Shown in pieces: positions 38,356-52,419 of a DNA stretch of 64,000 nt (position 1 is the stretch's first letter; every line of letters starts with the position of its first letter). The position numbers and the translations under genes are program-made. Source of the stretch: Thalia democratica (Eukaryota). The notes under the pieces are model-generated. The model saw only the letters and a program-made list of their open reading frames with translations, made no database searches and had not been told where the DNA came from. The stretch covers positions 33,604,001 to 33,668,000 of the forward strand of contig OZ241831.1 in the NCBI GenBank assembly GCA_965202585.1. Direction: 5' to 3'.

Positions 38356-39618
38356 GATTACTTTTTGTTCCACAGAATTAATTGTAAAACATTTGATTTT
38401 ATTTGAATATAAATTAAGAAAATAAAATGTTAGAATTAAGGTTTAGATTCCCAAATGTTATTCCAAGTCAAATACTATTTCATGGTGTTCTACTACGAAA
38501 CGTATAGTTTTAAAAGTTTAAAATTGAATTTTTAACTTTACAACTAACTTGGTTATAATATATCTTCGCATAAGAATTAATAATTTACTTCATTAACTGA
38601 AGCTGTTGATGAAACCACTTTCCAAGTGAGATAATCAACCAGTCGGTCAAACTTCCTCAAACTAGATCAGAAATTATGTTTTAATATTTATTTTATTATG
38701 TGTAAAATTCACTGTTCATTCTTTTATAGTTTTTTAATCTCTAGAATAGTAATTTTAGAATACTCCTTTTTATAAAATAATTCAAGTATTTTTTGCGGCT
38801 CAAATAATTGTTACCAAAATAGATTTATTGAACCTTAAAGTTTATGTTTTATGTAAACTGTATAATATTAGAATAGAATGCTACCCTTAAATTTAAAAAC
38901 AGTTCTAATTTTTTATTAAATAGATAAACTGTTCATATAACTTAAATGTAGTTGATTTAAAAATTACATCTAAACATTTTTGTTAAAATGTAAATTCTAG
39001 TATAATAGTTATGAACACCTTACCTTTTTATTATAATTGAACAACAGTATAGTTCAAAAAATAAGATTAAGTTATGTCTTATGACTCAATTAATCGAAAT
39101 TTAAATAGTTCAACAATGCTTAAATTATTTTGATATAAAAGTTATCTTTTACAATTCTCATTATAAAAATGTTATCCTAAAAAATATAAAGAAAGAATTT
39201 ATGACTTACGTTCTTGAGTTTTATTTTTACTCGAAATTATTCATGGTTTTTATAGTAGCTGTGTAATAATAAAATTAAAAAACTTTTACAAATCTATTCT
39301 AGCTGGAGAAGTTGTCATTAGAAAACAGTCAGTTATCCACAAAATTAGATGAAATGCAACATTTATGTGATGATATTATGAGAATGGATTCTCGATTTTG
39401 TCTTTCTTAATAAGTGCGTACTTAAGGCGTGGTGCGTACCAAAAAAAGTGCGTACTTAAGCGGTAGTATACTGTAGTAGAAAACTAACTTTCAATTATCA
39501 GTATTTCATCTAGATCGACACAATTCTTCAGAGCCACTTGAAGTTGTTTATATAAAAAAAAGTATAATTAAAGTAAAAATGATCCTATGAAAATTGTACA
39601 CATTTAATTAACTAACAG

Positions 39619-40517
39619 AAAAGAAGAGCTTGCAGAAATTAGAAACAATAGGTTTTTTTAAGGTTGGTAAAATGCTTAACTCTGAAGATTTGAAAAAAGT
39701 TGATAAAGGCACGGTTGCAATATCATTTCACGTGCAAAATTCCTTATGCTTTTTTGAGGTATCAAGACTGTTCAATCTACCACGTTTTTAAACTTGTGCA
39801 ATTAAGTGCATTGAAAGATGGTTTTGTTATTTAGTAGCCAACAAAAAACACTTCGATTTAAGTTTTGACTCGTTCAGAAAACTTTTATCAACCTCAGAAC
39901 TGGAAATAACATCAGAAATGGAACTTGTAGTTGCTGTTGATAGCTGGATTAAGCATAATTACAAGCAAAGAGGTAAATTTGCCAAGGAACTGATTAAACG
40001 AATTCGTCTACCATTGTTGTCAAAAGCTTGCATAGAAAATTTGTTAACAGATTACAGCTCGTTTTCAAATTGCGCAGACAGTAAAACGTTTATAAATAAT
40101 GCAATTGATAACAAATCAGTAGATACATATGACCCGAGTTCTATTGGTTACCATGCTCGGTATTACAACCAGGAAAATTTTAAGATAATTTCTAATATAG
40201 GAACTAATTTGTACAAACTTGATAATAGAAAGTCTTCCGACGCAAGTAAAAGATTTCTAAGCTTTTGAGAACTTCATTCTAGTATTTATAAAAGCGTGTT
40301 TATCGACGAAGTCATTTATTTTATGGGCTCTAACTTCATATTTTCCTATTCAACATTGACAAAAAAAATAAGTGAAAAGAAAATGTTAGGTAAAAAGTAC
40401 TTAAACAAACATGCTTGCATTTGCAATTTCATGGGGAAGATTAATATAGTAGGTGGATTCCATGCAAATTGCAGAAGACTAACAATCTACGGTCCCAAAT
40501 TTATACTACATCTTTAA
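39619..40517 (+). pseudogene. G9: plus-strand truncated copy lacking promoter and exon 1
   Basis: Upstream unit sequence TGTACACAT is joined directly to the intron end (same ~1.6 kb deletion as G8). Has the LPRF* stop and the shared 3' truncation at 40501. Confidence 0.88.
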
Positions 40518-40832
40518 ATTTTATTATTTTTGATAGAAAGTAATTAATCATTTCATTTTATACAAACTATTTTTAAAAGTTGACTTTTTAAACTTAAAAA
40601 AAAATTCTAACTATTGGTCCATAAGTAACCATAAGCAACGTGAAAAAGCAAGTTTTTAAACTCAATTATGCACTTAAAACATTTTTCAAAAGTATTGTTG
40701 ATTTGATATAGTTGAATTAAACTAAGTTTTATGCAAGTAGAACTTAATAATTTTTTTAATCAATAAAACAAGTTGAAAAATCAGTAAAACACTTAAGCAA
40801 AGATTTTAAATTTTTACCTACCTACATACAAT

Positions 40833-41153
40833 AGTAAAGTAAACTGAACTACACAATAAAACAACAAATCATAATATAAACAAACAACTCACGTTAATGG
40901 AAAGAAAAACTGTTTCAAATTTTACTGTTGTTAATGAATGAATGAAACACAGTCACCACATCCAACAATCACGTCACAATGAATGGTTGAGATGGCCTCA
41001 TTTGTATTGTGACGTGATTGTTAGATGTGGTGAATTTGTTTCGTTCATTCATTAACAACAGTAAAATTTGAATCAGTTTTTCTTTCCATTAACGTGAGTT
41101 GTTTGTTTATATTATGGTTTGTTGTTTTGTTGTGTATTTCAGTTTACTTTACT
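40833..41153. repeat. Fold-back palindrome P7 (in plus-strand unit)
   Basis: Same arms. The loop is orientation A relative to the inverted unit. Confidence 0.93.
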
Positions 41154-42640
41154 TATTTTAGACTTAATAATCACAAATATTATATAGTTTTATAACAGTA
41201 GGATTGAATATTAAGTATTCTACCTATTATTAACTATTGTCTGTAGAAAATATTTTATTTTAATGAAAACATGTATACACCTACTTTATTCTATGCTTCT
41301 ATTCTTTCATTGCAGTAATTATTTTTTAAAGAACCCAGTTGAAGTGTGTTTATTCGTTAACACACAGAAACATATTTTGGTACAATAAAGGAAGATTACT
41401 GTTCAATTTGTTTTTATTTATGTTCCAGTAAGGTTACTTCACTAGGATCTTTTGTTAGTAAACGATTAAGCTTATACTATTTAACAGTTATATACAATAC
41501 GTTTTTTAAATTCTACCTGTAGATACAATATTGCACATATTAGTTTTTATCCTTTGTTTTTATATTCTTGACTTAAATGTGTTTACTTAATGCATTGTAT
41601 GTTGTTGAATGTATGTTTTTTAATGAAAGAATTAGCATTGCTTAATCGCCACAGTGTGGTATCTTGTATTATATTTACGTTATAAACAAATTAAATTGTT
41701 AGGATCCGACAGAATCCTAAATTTAAACCAGATCCGACTTCTAACCGTATTCATTTAATAAATCGCTAGTATTAAAGCGTAATTTTTAATTATGTTTTCT
41801 TTTTTGTAATAATGATGAATAAATAATAAATGCAGGATTTTCATTTTAAACAAATTTTTTGAGTAAATGTATGGTAGGTAGATAATGTAGTACTAGTAGA
41901 TATATGATTTTATTTTGTTAAGGTGCATCCAGTAAAAAAAAGAAACAAAGTTTACTTTCTATCTATAATCTCTCATTTCATTATCTTACTCTAAAATATA
42001 GTGACGTAATAAATAAATACAAACAATGTTTGATACAGTATTTCCTACATATACACAATGCAAGTAGTAGAAAACTAATTTTCAATTATCAGTATTTCGT
42101 CTAGATCGACGCAATTCTTCAGAGCCACTTGAAGTGGTTTATATAAAAAAAATATAAATAAAGTAAAAAATGATCCTATGAAAATTGTACACATGCTTGC
42201 TTTTGTATAGAGTTGTAGCACCATATTTTTTTAGTTTTGTAAGTTAGCTTTACAATATCATTTTTATAAGTTTTTAATCCATTGTGATTTTTTTTGTTGT
42301 AAAACTTGAGCTTTTTTTTTAACAAACATAATAAAACTTTTTTAAGTTTTTAAAAAATTTATTAAAAATATGTTAACAAATTTTTATTTTTTATTTTACA
42401 AAACTAGATTTTTGTTATTTTGAAAATCTCAAAATCAGTTTATCATAAATTTTTATGCTGATTATTCAACCTGAAGACATATAACTAATTTTTGGTCACT
42501 TCAGCGTTTCCAAAAACCTTGAACTTGACATATAATGCTAAAGTATTTAAGATTTTTATATATAGTAATGACAGTGCAAATTCCTTGCATTGTCATTGTT
42601 TTTGAGAATATTTAGAGTTAGATACGCTTCATTGCACGAG

Positions 42641-43432
42641 CCAATGAGAATCATCTGATGTAATGTTTTAAACTAAATACTGATGCAACGGGTCGAATGC
42701 GTGATAGGCAGTTTCATGTAAGCAGCTAGTTGAGTTTGGTGTGCAGCTGGAAGCAACAACATATATTGAACTTATTTTGTGTACCCTAAAACACCTTCAA
42801 GTATCTTTACAATTTTTTTCATCGTTATTATACAATTTAAGAAGTTCCTCAATCAAACTTTCTTTAACTTTAACAAGCTTTTTTTAATATTATTTGATAA
42901 AACTTAAGGTTTTCACAAAGAAGTGGAAAGTTTAAACTGGGGTTTCCAAAAATTTTTTTCATTGCAAATTTTGCGAAATTTAAAAAAGATTCAATATCAA
43001 CTTGTTATTTACCAGTTCTTTCTTCCTTGTTGCTTATTACTTTTTCACAAAAAAATTCGCCTCCTTTTGAAAATTCTGTATTCACAACTCCACAAAGTTC
43101 TGCAATTGTTAGCTATAAAGTTTGCGGAGATTATTTTATAAGGCATAAAGTTAGACTACTTTCTAAGTTTAAGTAAAGGTGTCTTTAATGTAACTAAAAG
43201 AATTATTATTTTCATCTATAGTGTTACGAAAAAAATATTCTTTTAGTCCAGTTTTTAACTGGTTTGTCATTTATTTAGTATTCTGTTTAAAATTTTATAC
43301 TTAAAAATTATTTTATCTCGAAAAAACAATAATTGTAAGAATTTATTTAACTTGATTTAAGAAAATAATCTTTCTTAAGAAAGTTATCCATATTTTTTTA
43401 TATAAAATTGTAACTTATAACTGTTTTTGCAG
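42641..43432 (+). promoter_or_regulatory. Candidate CCAAT promoter and 5'-UTR intron of the kelch gene (present in the units that retain the promoter region)
   Basis: GCCAATGAG at 42640, donor-like CAT|GTAAGC at 42718, acceptor-like TGTTTTTGCAG at 43432, 22 nt before the ATG. Motif-level evidence only. Confidence 0.3.
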
Positions 43433-43454
43433 CAGTTACATTTATTTAATATAA

Positions 43455-45225
43455 ATGGGTGAAAGAAAACGTCAAAGTAACAGTGCTTCAAAAAACTTTC
43501 CAACTAAAAAGAAGAAAACCAGAAGTTCAACTGTAAACGATAATGTACGTGAGAAGCTATTAAATCATCTTGACTCTTGCAAGAGAAATGATGTAGGAGA
43601 TAAAATAGTTAGAACTTGCAAATACAATGCTTCCAGTAGAACTAGCAGAAGTACTGTAGGAAACTTATAAAAGTTTTATAACAAAGGTTGGTTTTAAAAA
43701 CACAAATTCTTATTTTGTTTTAATATTTTGTTCATTAATAACTTTGTCTCTAAAGTATAGCATGAGCTTAATTTCATCATTTAATTAACTAACAGAAAAG
43801 AAGAGCTTGCAGAAATTAGAAACAATAGGTTTTTTTAAGGTTGGTAAAATGCTTAACTCTGAAGATTTGAAAAAAGTTGGTAAAGGCATGGTTGCAATAT
43901 CATTTAACGTGCAGAATTCCTTATGCTTTTTTGAAGTATCAAGACTGTTCAATCTACCACGTTTTTAAACATGTGCAATTAAGTGCATTGAAAGATGGTT
44001 TTGTTATTTAGTAGCCAACAAAAGTCACTTCGATTTAAGTTTTGACTCGTTCAGAAAACTTTTATCAAGCTCAGAACTGGAAATAACATCAGAAATGGAA
44101 CTTGTAGTTGCTGTTGATAGCTGGATTAAGCATAATTACAAGCAAAGAGGTAAATTTGCCAAAGAACTGATAAAACAAATTCGTCTATCATTGTTGTCAA
44201 AAGCTTGCTTAGAAAATTTGTTAACAGATTACAGCTCGTTTTCAAATTGCGCAGACAGTAAAACGTATATAAATAATGCAATTGATAACAAATTAATAGA
44301 TACATATGACCCGAGTTCTATTAGTTACCAAGCTCGGTATTGCAACCAGGAAAATTTTTAGATAATTTCTAATATAGGAACTAGTTTGTACAAACTTGAT
44401 AATAGAAAGTCATCCGACGCAAGTAAAAAATTTCTTAGCTTTTTAGAACTTCACTCTAGTATTTATAAAAGCGTGTTTATCGACGAAATCATTTATTTTA
44501 TGGGCTCTAACTTCATACTTTACTATTCAACATTGACAAAAAAAATAAGTGAAAAGAAAATGTTAGGTAAAAAATACTTAAACCAACATGCTTGCATATG
44601 CAATTTCATGGGGAAAATTAATATAGTAGGTGGATTCCATGCAAATGGCAGAAGACTAACAATCTACGGTCCCAAATTGAATACCTGGGAGGAAATAGCA
44701 GAGATGTCATTACACAAGTCAGATGTTGCGTTCTCAGTGTTTTGCGGGAAACTGGTAGTTACTGGTGGTTGCATTAGAGACCAACGCTAAGTGAAACATT
44801 TGACAAACACAGTTGAAGTTTATGATCACTTTTCCAATTCGTGGTCTCCAATGCCTCCAATGCTTGAAGAAAAATGCAGTCATGACTCAGTGAGCATCGG
44901 AAGCAAGCTGTACGTAATCAGCAACAGGAGTAGTAGTGAAGTGTTTGATTATTTTAGTAACGTCTTTGCTCGCATTCAAAAAAGAATGCCCCGTTCTGGC
45001 TGGTTCTAAAGTAGTGTGAAATGTTTGTCAATTGGGAACAAGATTGTAGCTTTCTCAAGTCACCACCTTTACAAGTATGCTGAGTTCGATGTGGAGAAAC
45101 AAGAATGGTCGGAAGTCGATGATCAAAAATGGCCAAGAATGTTCGAGGGTCGAAGGTCAAGAATGGTTGGTAAGGAAGAAGACCTCCAGTTCTGGTGCAG
45201 TTGTATCAAGTCGCCCATGTATTAA
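43455..45225 (+). pseudogene. G10: full-length BACK-Kelch pseudogene, five in-frame stops, no frameshift
   Basis: Exon 1 43455-43686, intron 43687-43795, exon 2 43796-45225. Stops at 43668, 43966, 44359, 44788 and 45007. All exon-2 track ORFs share one frame. AATAAA at 45258. Confidence 0.92.
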
Positions 45226-45760
45226 TTTTGTATACATATTCTTAATTTTTTTAAAAAAATAAAACTTTTCCTTTTTACAAATGGAATTTATATGAAACAC
45301 GTTTGTCATAAAAATCGCAATTTAACAAAAACTAAATCATATGTTTGTTTGTTTGCAACTTTTTATAAATAGAATAAACTTACAAATATAAAATTTTAGT
45401 TTACTCTGAACATAATTGTCTGGTTTACAATTTTTTTATCGAGTGTTTACTTTTACTATTTAGTGATTTTGGTTTTGGTGATAAGTTTTAACTCAGGGTT
45501 TCTAAAATGTGAACATAACAGAAATTTATGAGGTCATGAGCGGCAAAGGGACCAAATGGAGGGAGGCATAAGTAGTAAAGGATACACAGGGGGCCATGAA
45601 GTCATAATTTGATACTTACACTAGATATTCTTAAGTAAATGATGAAGAGCATTTTTATTAGTAGTATTTTCATGATCGAAAAGGAATAGCAGATACTCAT
45701 TTTATATATTACTATATATATAACTTTATCACAGATGTTTTTGTTTTAAAACTTTTAGAC

Positions 45761-47105
45761 AAAAAAGTGGGCACCGGACAGCCTGCCTGTTTGATTTCGG
45801 CTGTCTGTCCTGCGTACCAAGTTCACGTCCCAGTGGAATTACAATCTCCCTCTGAAAAAACGACCTAACAAGGTTTACAATTTAATGCACATCGCGCTGA
45901 CAAGAGTGCTGGCAGCTAATCGCATACTTATATACTTGCGTGGTCGTCCCCATGAAGAGCAACTACCGGGACTCGAACTCGGGACGCAGGGCCGGCAGTC
46001 GCTGTGGCAAACCGCTGGGCCATACAGGCGCTCGCCTGTCTACTCTAATTAGGGTACTTAAACCATCTATATTCAAGAATTAATGTAAAAAAGCTTAATT
46101 GGAAAAAAAACAATGAAAAAAGTATAAGATTTATATTAAAGTTGTGTGCAAAATTAGGAGTTGCTGATCAGAAAGAGACATGAAAGGACAAAAAAGTGGG
46201 CGCTGGACAGCCTGCCTGTTTGATTTCGGCTGCCTGTCCTGCGTACCAAGTTCACGTCACAGTGGAATTACAATCTCCCTCTGAAAAAACGACCTAACAA
46301 GGTTTACAATCTAATGCATATCGCGCTAACAAGAGTGCTGGCAGCTAATCGCATTCTTATATACTTGCGTTGTCGTCCCCATAAAGAGCAACCACCGGGA
46401 CTCGAACTCGGTACACAGGGCCGGCAGTCGCAGAAGCAAACCGCTGGACCATACGGGCGCCCGCCTGTCTACTCTGATTAGGGTATTTAAACCATCTATA
46501 TTTAAGAATTAATGTAAAAAAGTTTATTTTCAAAAAAAACAATGAAAACAGTATAAGATTTATATAAAAGTTGTGTGCAAAATTAGGAGTTGCTGATCAG
46601 AAAGAGACATGAAAGGACAAAAAAGTGGGCGCTGGACAGCCTGCCTGTTTGATTTCGGCTGCCTGACCTGCGTACCAAGTTCACGTCCTAGTCGAATTAC
46701 AATCTCCCTCTGAAAAAACGATCTAACAAGGTTTACAATCTAATGCACATCGCGCTAACAATAGTGCTAGCGGCTAATCGCATTCTTATATACTTGCGTG
46801 GTCGTCCCCATGAAGAGCAACCACCGGGACTCGAATTCGGGACGCAGGGCCGGCAGTCGCTGTGGCAAACCGCTGGGCCATACAGGCGCCCGCCTGTCTA
46901 CTCTAATTAGGGTATTTAAACCATCTATATTCAAGAATTAATGTAAAAAAGTTTCATTTAAAAAAATAACAATGAAAAAACCATAAGATTTATATTAAAA
47001 TTGTGTGCAAAATTAGGAGTTGCTGATCAGAAAGAGGACATGAAAGGACAAAAAAGTGGACGCTGGACAGCCTGCCTGTCCTGCGTACCTACTTCACGTC
47101 CCAGT
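45761..47105 (-). repeat. Tandem array (~430 bp x 3.1) of tRNA-like Pol III / SINE-like unit
   Basis: T6 ends at 45761, 46190, 46619 and 47050 (periods 429, 429, 431). A-box TGGCCCAGCGG and B-box GAGTTCGAGTCC on the minus strand. Confidence 0.85.
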
Positions 47106-47955
47106 GATGACAATCTTACCTTCAAAATCTTATATACTTACAATTATTGAGCTATATAAGTCCATTTACTACTTTTGATGTCGTAACACATACGCGTTTC
47201 AAAATAAGAATAAACGTATCTTTTTGTTTTCCTGAATCCACCAATTACATACAAATTCTGCAAAAAACTGCAAGCACAAAAGCTAAATTGCTCATCCAAC
47301 ATAGAATGCAAATCACTTAAATTTTACTGGATTCAGAAAGCTTTTCAAGGCATGAATTTAACTGACTACCGTTTGTAATATACAAATATTAACCAAAAAC
47401 GACTACTTCAGAGTTGAAAATCTAGAAGGAGCATATTTGTTCGATATTTTCACAGCTATTCAAGCTCAAAGGAAAATTTAATTTTTAAATACTTACTTCA
47501 TATACAATGCATATCAATACAAGCAGTACTAAAGTCTTCTTGAGCACAATTTCTTGTTTGGTACAATACATAAGTTCTTTTATCTATCATTTTGTTTTTC
47601 ATGTACTACCTAGACGTTACATGTTACTACCTAGTTTTCAATTTCCTTGAGAAGTCTGTATAAAAAGGTACTATGTTAAGTAAAGTAAGTATGAAATAAA
47701 TTATAAGGCAATTATTTTTTTAGCCATTGCCTTATTGTAGTAGTAAACTTCTAAACAAAATAGTAACCTGAAAAACTTTTCACAATGTTGTGTTTATAAT
47801 GGAGGTTATATGCCAAAACTTAAGCAACTCATTTTACTGCTTGAAACTTTATCTAAGGTTTTGTTTGAAAAGGTAACTAAAACTATAAAAATGCTTGTTA
47901 TCAATATCGTTTTATAACTTGAGTAAATAACAACACAATATTTCAATTACTGGCA
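47105..47955 (-). pseudogene. Kelch subfamily B pseudogene 1 (3' end replaced by the Pol III array)
   Basis: Diverged paralog of 53340-54150 (e.g. TTTCCTGAATCCACCAAT, the IGG Kelch motif). Many stops. Confidence 0.65.
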
Positions 47956-48829
47956 CTTTATAAATTTTAGTTTATTTATGTATAACATTGTAATGTTTAA
48001 AAAGTGTTTTTTTTATGTTCGAAGTAATCTTAAGTTGTTATTACTCTGTACCATGCTTGAGTTACTCAGGTATCAAGTATAAAAAGTTAACTGATTTTAA
48101 AAAATATAGTTATAATTTCTTATTCTGAGTTAATCAATGAATTATAAATTTTTATATAAAAACATCTAAATTTACAAGTTTATATTTCTACAATATTTCA
48201 CTAATACTTTAAAAACGTAAAAACTTAATATAAAACTAACTTACGCACAAATAAACATTTTTAAAATTATTTGTCATATTTCTTAGAGTATTATGAACTC
48301 AGCAAGCAACTAAATACAAAATTTGAGTATCAAATAAACTATATTTATGATAATTAGATCATCAAAATTATTTCAATGGCTGAAAATGTATCATATTATA
48401 GTAAAAGTTGGAAGCTCAACGTAGCTAAAATATTAAAATTTAATTTCATTTTACAGTTTTTTTGTTTATTAAAAACGAAAATTAACAAAACGACAGAAAG
48501 TATTTAAATAAATACTCTATAACAATTTCAGACATAAAAATTAGTAGCTTTTTAATTTTGATGTCCTGATAGTTTTTTTACTTTTCACATAATTAAGTAT
48601 CACCCTTGGTTTTTCTATGTATATTCCTTTGACGTCAACCACCATAAACTGAAGTTTGCTGTCGTTGTAATCCATGGTTGCATTGTTCGAAACATTGTGT
48701 ATTTTATAGTGTTGTGATCAAACTGTTTGTTACTGTAAATAACAATTAATTGTTTAAAAGGATGTTTTATTTGCTTACACAAAGCGTTAGTTGTACTAGT
48801 GTTGTAGTATGCATTTAAAAAATTTGCAT

Positions 48830-50165
48830 CTGCGTCCCGAGTTCGAGTTTCGGTGGTTGCTCTTTCTGGGGACGACCACGCAAGTATATAAGAATGCGTT
48901 TAGCTGCTAGCACTCTTGTTAGCGCGATGTGCATTAGATTGTAAACGTTGTTAGGTCGTTTTTTCAAAGGAAGATTGTAATTCCACTGGGACGTGAACTT
49001 GGTACGCAGGACAGGCAGCCGAAATCAAACAGGCAAGCTGTCCAGCGCCCACTTTTTTGTCCTTTCATGTCTCTTTCTGATCAGCAACTCCTAATTTTGC
49101 ACACAATTTTTTTTATAAATCTTATACTTTTTTCATTGTTTTTTTTTTTAAAGAAACTTTTTTACATTAATTCTTGAATATAGATGGTTTAAATACCCTA
49201 ATTAGAGTAGACAGGCGAGCGCCTGTATGGCCCAGCGGTTTGCCTCTGCGACTGCCGGCCCTGCGTCCCGAGTTCGAGTCCCGGTGGTTGCTCTCCATGG
49301 GGACATCCACGCAAGTATATAAGAACGCGATTAGCTGCTAGCACTCTTGTCAGCGCAATGTGCATTAGACTGTAAACCTTGTTAGGTCGTTTTTTCAGAG
49401 GGAGATTGTAATTCCACTGGGACGTGAACTTGGTACGCAGGTCAGGCAGCCGAAATCAAACAGGCAAGCTGTCCAGCGCCCACTTTTTTGTCCTTTCATG
49501 TCTCTTTCTGATCAGCAACTCCTAATTTTGCACACAATTTTTATATAAATCTTATACTTTTTTCATTGTTTTTTTTTTTAAAGAAACTTTTTTACATTAA
49601 TTCTTGAATATAGATGGTTTAAATACCCTAATTAGAGTAGACAGGCGAGCGCCTGTATGGCCCAGCGGTTTGCCTCTGCGACTGCCGGCCCTGCGTCCTG
49701 AGCTCGAGTTTCGGTGGTTGCTCTCTATGGGGACGACCACGCAAGTAAAGAAGAATGCGATTAGCTGCTAGCACTCTTGTTAGCATGATGTGCATTAGAT
49801 TGTAAACGTTGTTAGGTCGTTTTTTCAGAGGGAGATTGTAATTCCACTGGGACGTGAACTTGGTACGCAGAACAGGCAGCCGAAATCAAACAGGCAAGCT
49901 GTCCAGCGCCCACTTTTTTGCTCTTCATGTCTCTTTCTGATCATTAACTCCTAATTTTGCACACAATTTTTTTATAAATCTTATACTTTTTTCATTGTTT
50001 TTTTGAAATGAAACTTTTTTACATTAATTCTTGAATATAGATGGTTTAAATACCCTAATTAGAGTAGACAGGCGAGCGCCGGTATGGGCTAGCGGTTTGC
50101 CTCTGCGACTGCCGGCCCCGCGTACCGAGCTCGAGTCCCGGTGGTCGCTCTTTATTGGAACGATC
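48830..50165 (+). repeat. Inverted tandem array (~430 bp x 3) of the same Pol III / SINE-like unit
   Basis: Heads at 49210, 49640 and 50067. A-box 49228-49238, B-box 49270-49281, T6 at 49390-49395 and 49484-49489. Periods 431 and 430. Confidence 0.85.
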
Positions 50166-50241
50166 CAATATGTAAGTTTTATACAATACCATTACTTTAA
50201 AAACACTTTCAAATAAACATAAGTTAGTCATAACTTTTGTA

Positions 50242-50859
50242 CAGTAACCTGCCAACCAAGTACGCACTTTGAACACAGCGTATAAATGCATACCCAGCCG
50301 GCAGTGCGTACCTAGAAAACTTTGGTTTTTATTTACCTACATTGAGCAAAAAATTTTAAAATTATTAAAACTTACAAATTTATATTCATGCAAAATTACC
50401 CAAAATAAAAACTTTCATCATACAAATAAAACACATTTGTTAAAAGTATACACATATATTATAAAACTTAAGTGTATTAAACAATATGTTTGTATTTATT
50501 AATGTATAATTACGTTTGTATCTCAGCAACAAGGCTTGTTTTCAAATACATGTTTATAACAATATTTGTATACTTAAAGAATTTTTTTACTTATAATCAA
50601 CTCAAAAAAATTATCAACTCATAAAAATTATAATCAAAATTTACTTTTATCAAAAACTGTTTACTACTATGCTGTTGTTTGATCATATATATATCCAGAT
50701 AAAATTACACTAATATAGTACAACAAAAGAAGTATAATTTGTATAGTATAAAATATTCATGAATATAATTATTATAATAACTGTGTTCTTCAGCTAATAA
50801 GTGCGTACCATACCGGCAGTTTGTACCTAGGAAGCGCGTACCTAGTTGGCAGGTTGCTG
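50242..50859. mobile_element. Non-autonomous Tc1/mariner(pogo)-type MITE, 618 bp
   Basis: 24-bp TIRs CAGTAACCTGCCAACCAAGTACGC / CAGCAACCTGCCAACTAGGTACGC (21/24 identical), TA on both flanks (50240-41, 50860-61), internal GTGCGTAC motifs. Confidence 0.8.
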
Positions 50860-52419
50860 TATACTATATATAATCAATAATCTATCATTTAAAATAAATA
50901 TATTTTATTAGCAGCATTTAACTAACATAGAAAATAACATATAAGTTTCAGAACAGCTTTAAAAGATTAATTTTTTTTTAATTTCAAAAATTAACAATAT
51001 TTTATTGTAAAACTAACAAAAATATTAAAACAAGATGTTAAAAGGTATCGTTTGTGTGTATCTCGCTAACTGAAATATTTTTTGTACACTAGGTCCTTAA
51101 CCCAAAATTTATATCGCTTTTTTGTTAGTCACTCTAAACAATAACAATATATTAATAGTTGCATTAAGTTTAATTTCTGTTTTATTATTATTTTCTTGTT
51201 ATGAGTTTATCTTACTTGTAGGTAAAAATACAAAGCTGCTGTAGATTTTTGAATATTTTATCCAGGTTTTCTATATTCCTTCTAGGTATTTTAATCAACA
51301 AATGTTTAGCTTAATTTTTGATATTAATTTAAACTCAAGTTAAGATATAATCTTAAACAATATAACAACATTAAGAAGATACTGTAATGAGTTTAAAAAA
51401 AATCATAATATTTTTTTTTTAATTTTTGCACCTAATCGAAATATCTGTTACACGTATAGTCAAACTCGGAATAACTCTTAAAAAAAGTTTAAAGGGCCAC
51501 AACTCAAAAGGTAATGTATGTTTGAAACTTATAAAAAATTTTAAAAGTCTTTTTGTTTTTTTTTTCATAGATATTATTATTAAGAAAGAATTCAAAAATA
51601 TGAAAAACTTTTTTATTTAAAAATTTATTTTTGCCATACCACGAACTATATTAAATAAAATTTAAAATAAAAAACGTTGTTTCTATTGAATAGACCTACA
51701 CAGGGACGTAGCGTGGGCAGGGACACTGGCGCATGCGTATCTCTTAAATAAACAAGATGAAAAGAATTTGTTATTTTAATTTTCAAATCATTTAATTTCC
51801 CTGCTTAACTAGATTTTATTTTTCACTATGTTTATGTAGTATTCAAAAAGTTCGTTTAACTCATCATATCAAAGAAAATCAAATCATCCGGTGCTTAAAT
51901 ATCATTATGTACCGGCTTTTATGCAAACCTCGATAAAAACATTTTTTACCACCATTAACTTTAAAAGAATTAGAATTCAAAAAGTGCACATATTTGGTAG
52001 TGCACCGTGGTAGTGTATCAGATAAGTTTGATTTTCTTACAAAGAAAAATATTAATGATTTATAAACAAACTATCGAGCTAAACATATCTTATGATGAAA
52101 ATAATTTAAAAAAATTAATATTTAACTAAAAAGTATAATAAAGAGTAATATTGATAAAATATAAAAATAATTACGTAAGGATTGTTAAGACTATATTTAA
52201 ACATAATTAAATAATTAATAAATAAACCATTAATACAATGTTAACTTCACTATACAAAAAGAATAAGTAAAATCTCAGTAAACTTAAAACTTTTAGTAAA
52301 AGTACCTTCTTATTACTATTAAAGTGAACAAATCAATTAGTGTAGTTGTATCAACCAGTTTAGTTGGAAAGTTTTGATGTTTTGATGTTTTTCCAATGTA
52401 GGAAATGCTCTGATTAGCA

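Noticed and set aside
43455-45225. Stop-codon reassignment explaining the in-frame TAA/TAG in G10
   Set aside because: The stops replace different residues (L, Q, E, Q, W), and TAA is the genuine terminator of the gene.
49210-49295. Functional tRNA gene
   Set aside because: A and B boxes are present, but the acceptor stem pairs at only about 4 of 7 positions and no anticodon arm forms.
45761-50165. CRISPR-like or prokaryotic repeat array
   Set aside because: Units are ~430 bp, near-identical throughout with no unique spacers, there are no cas genes, and the context is eukaryotic.
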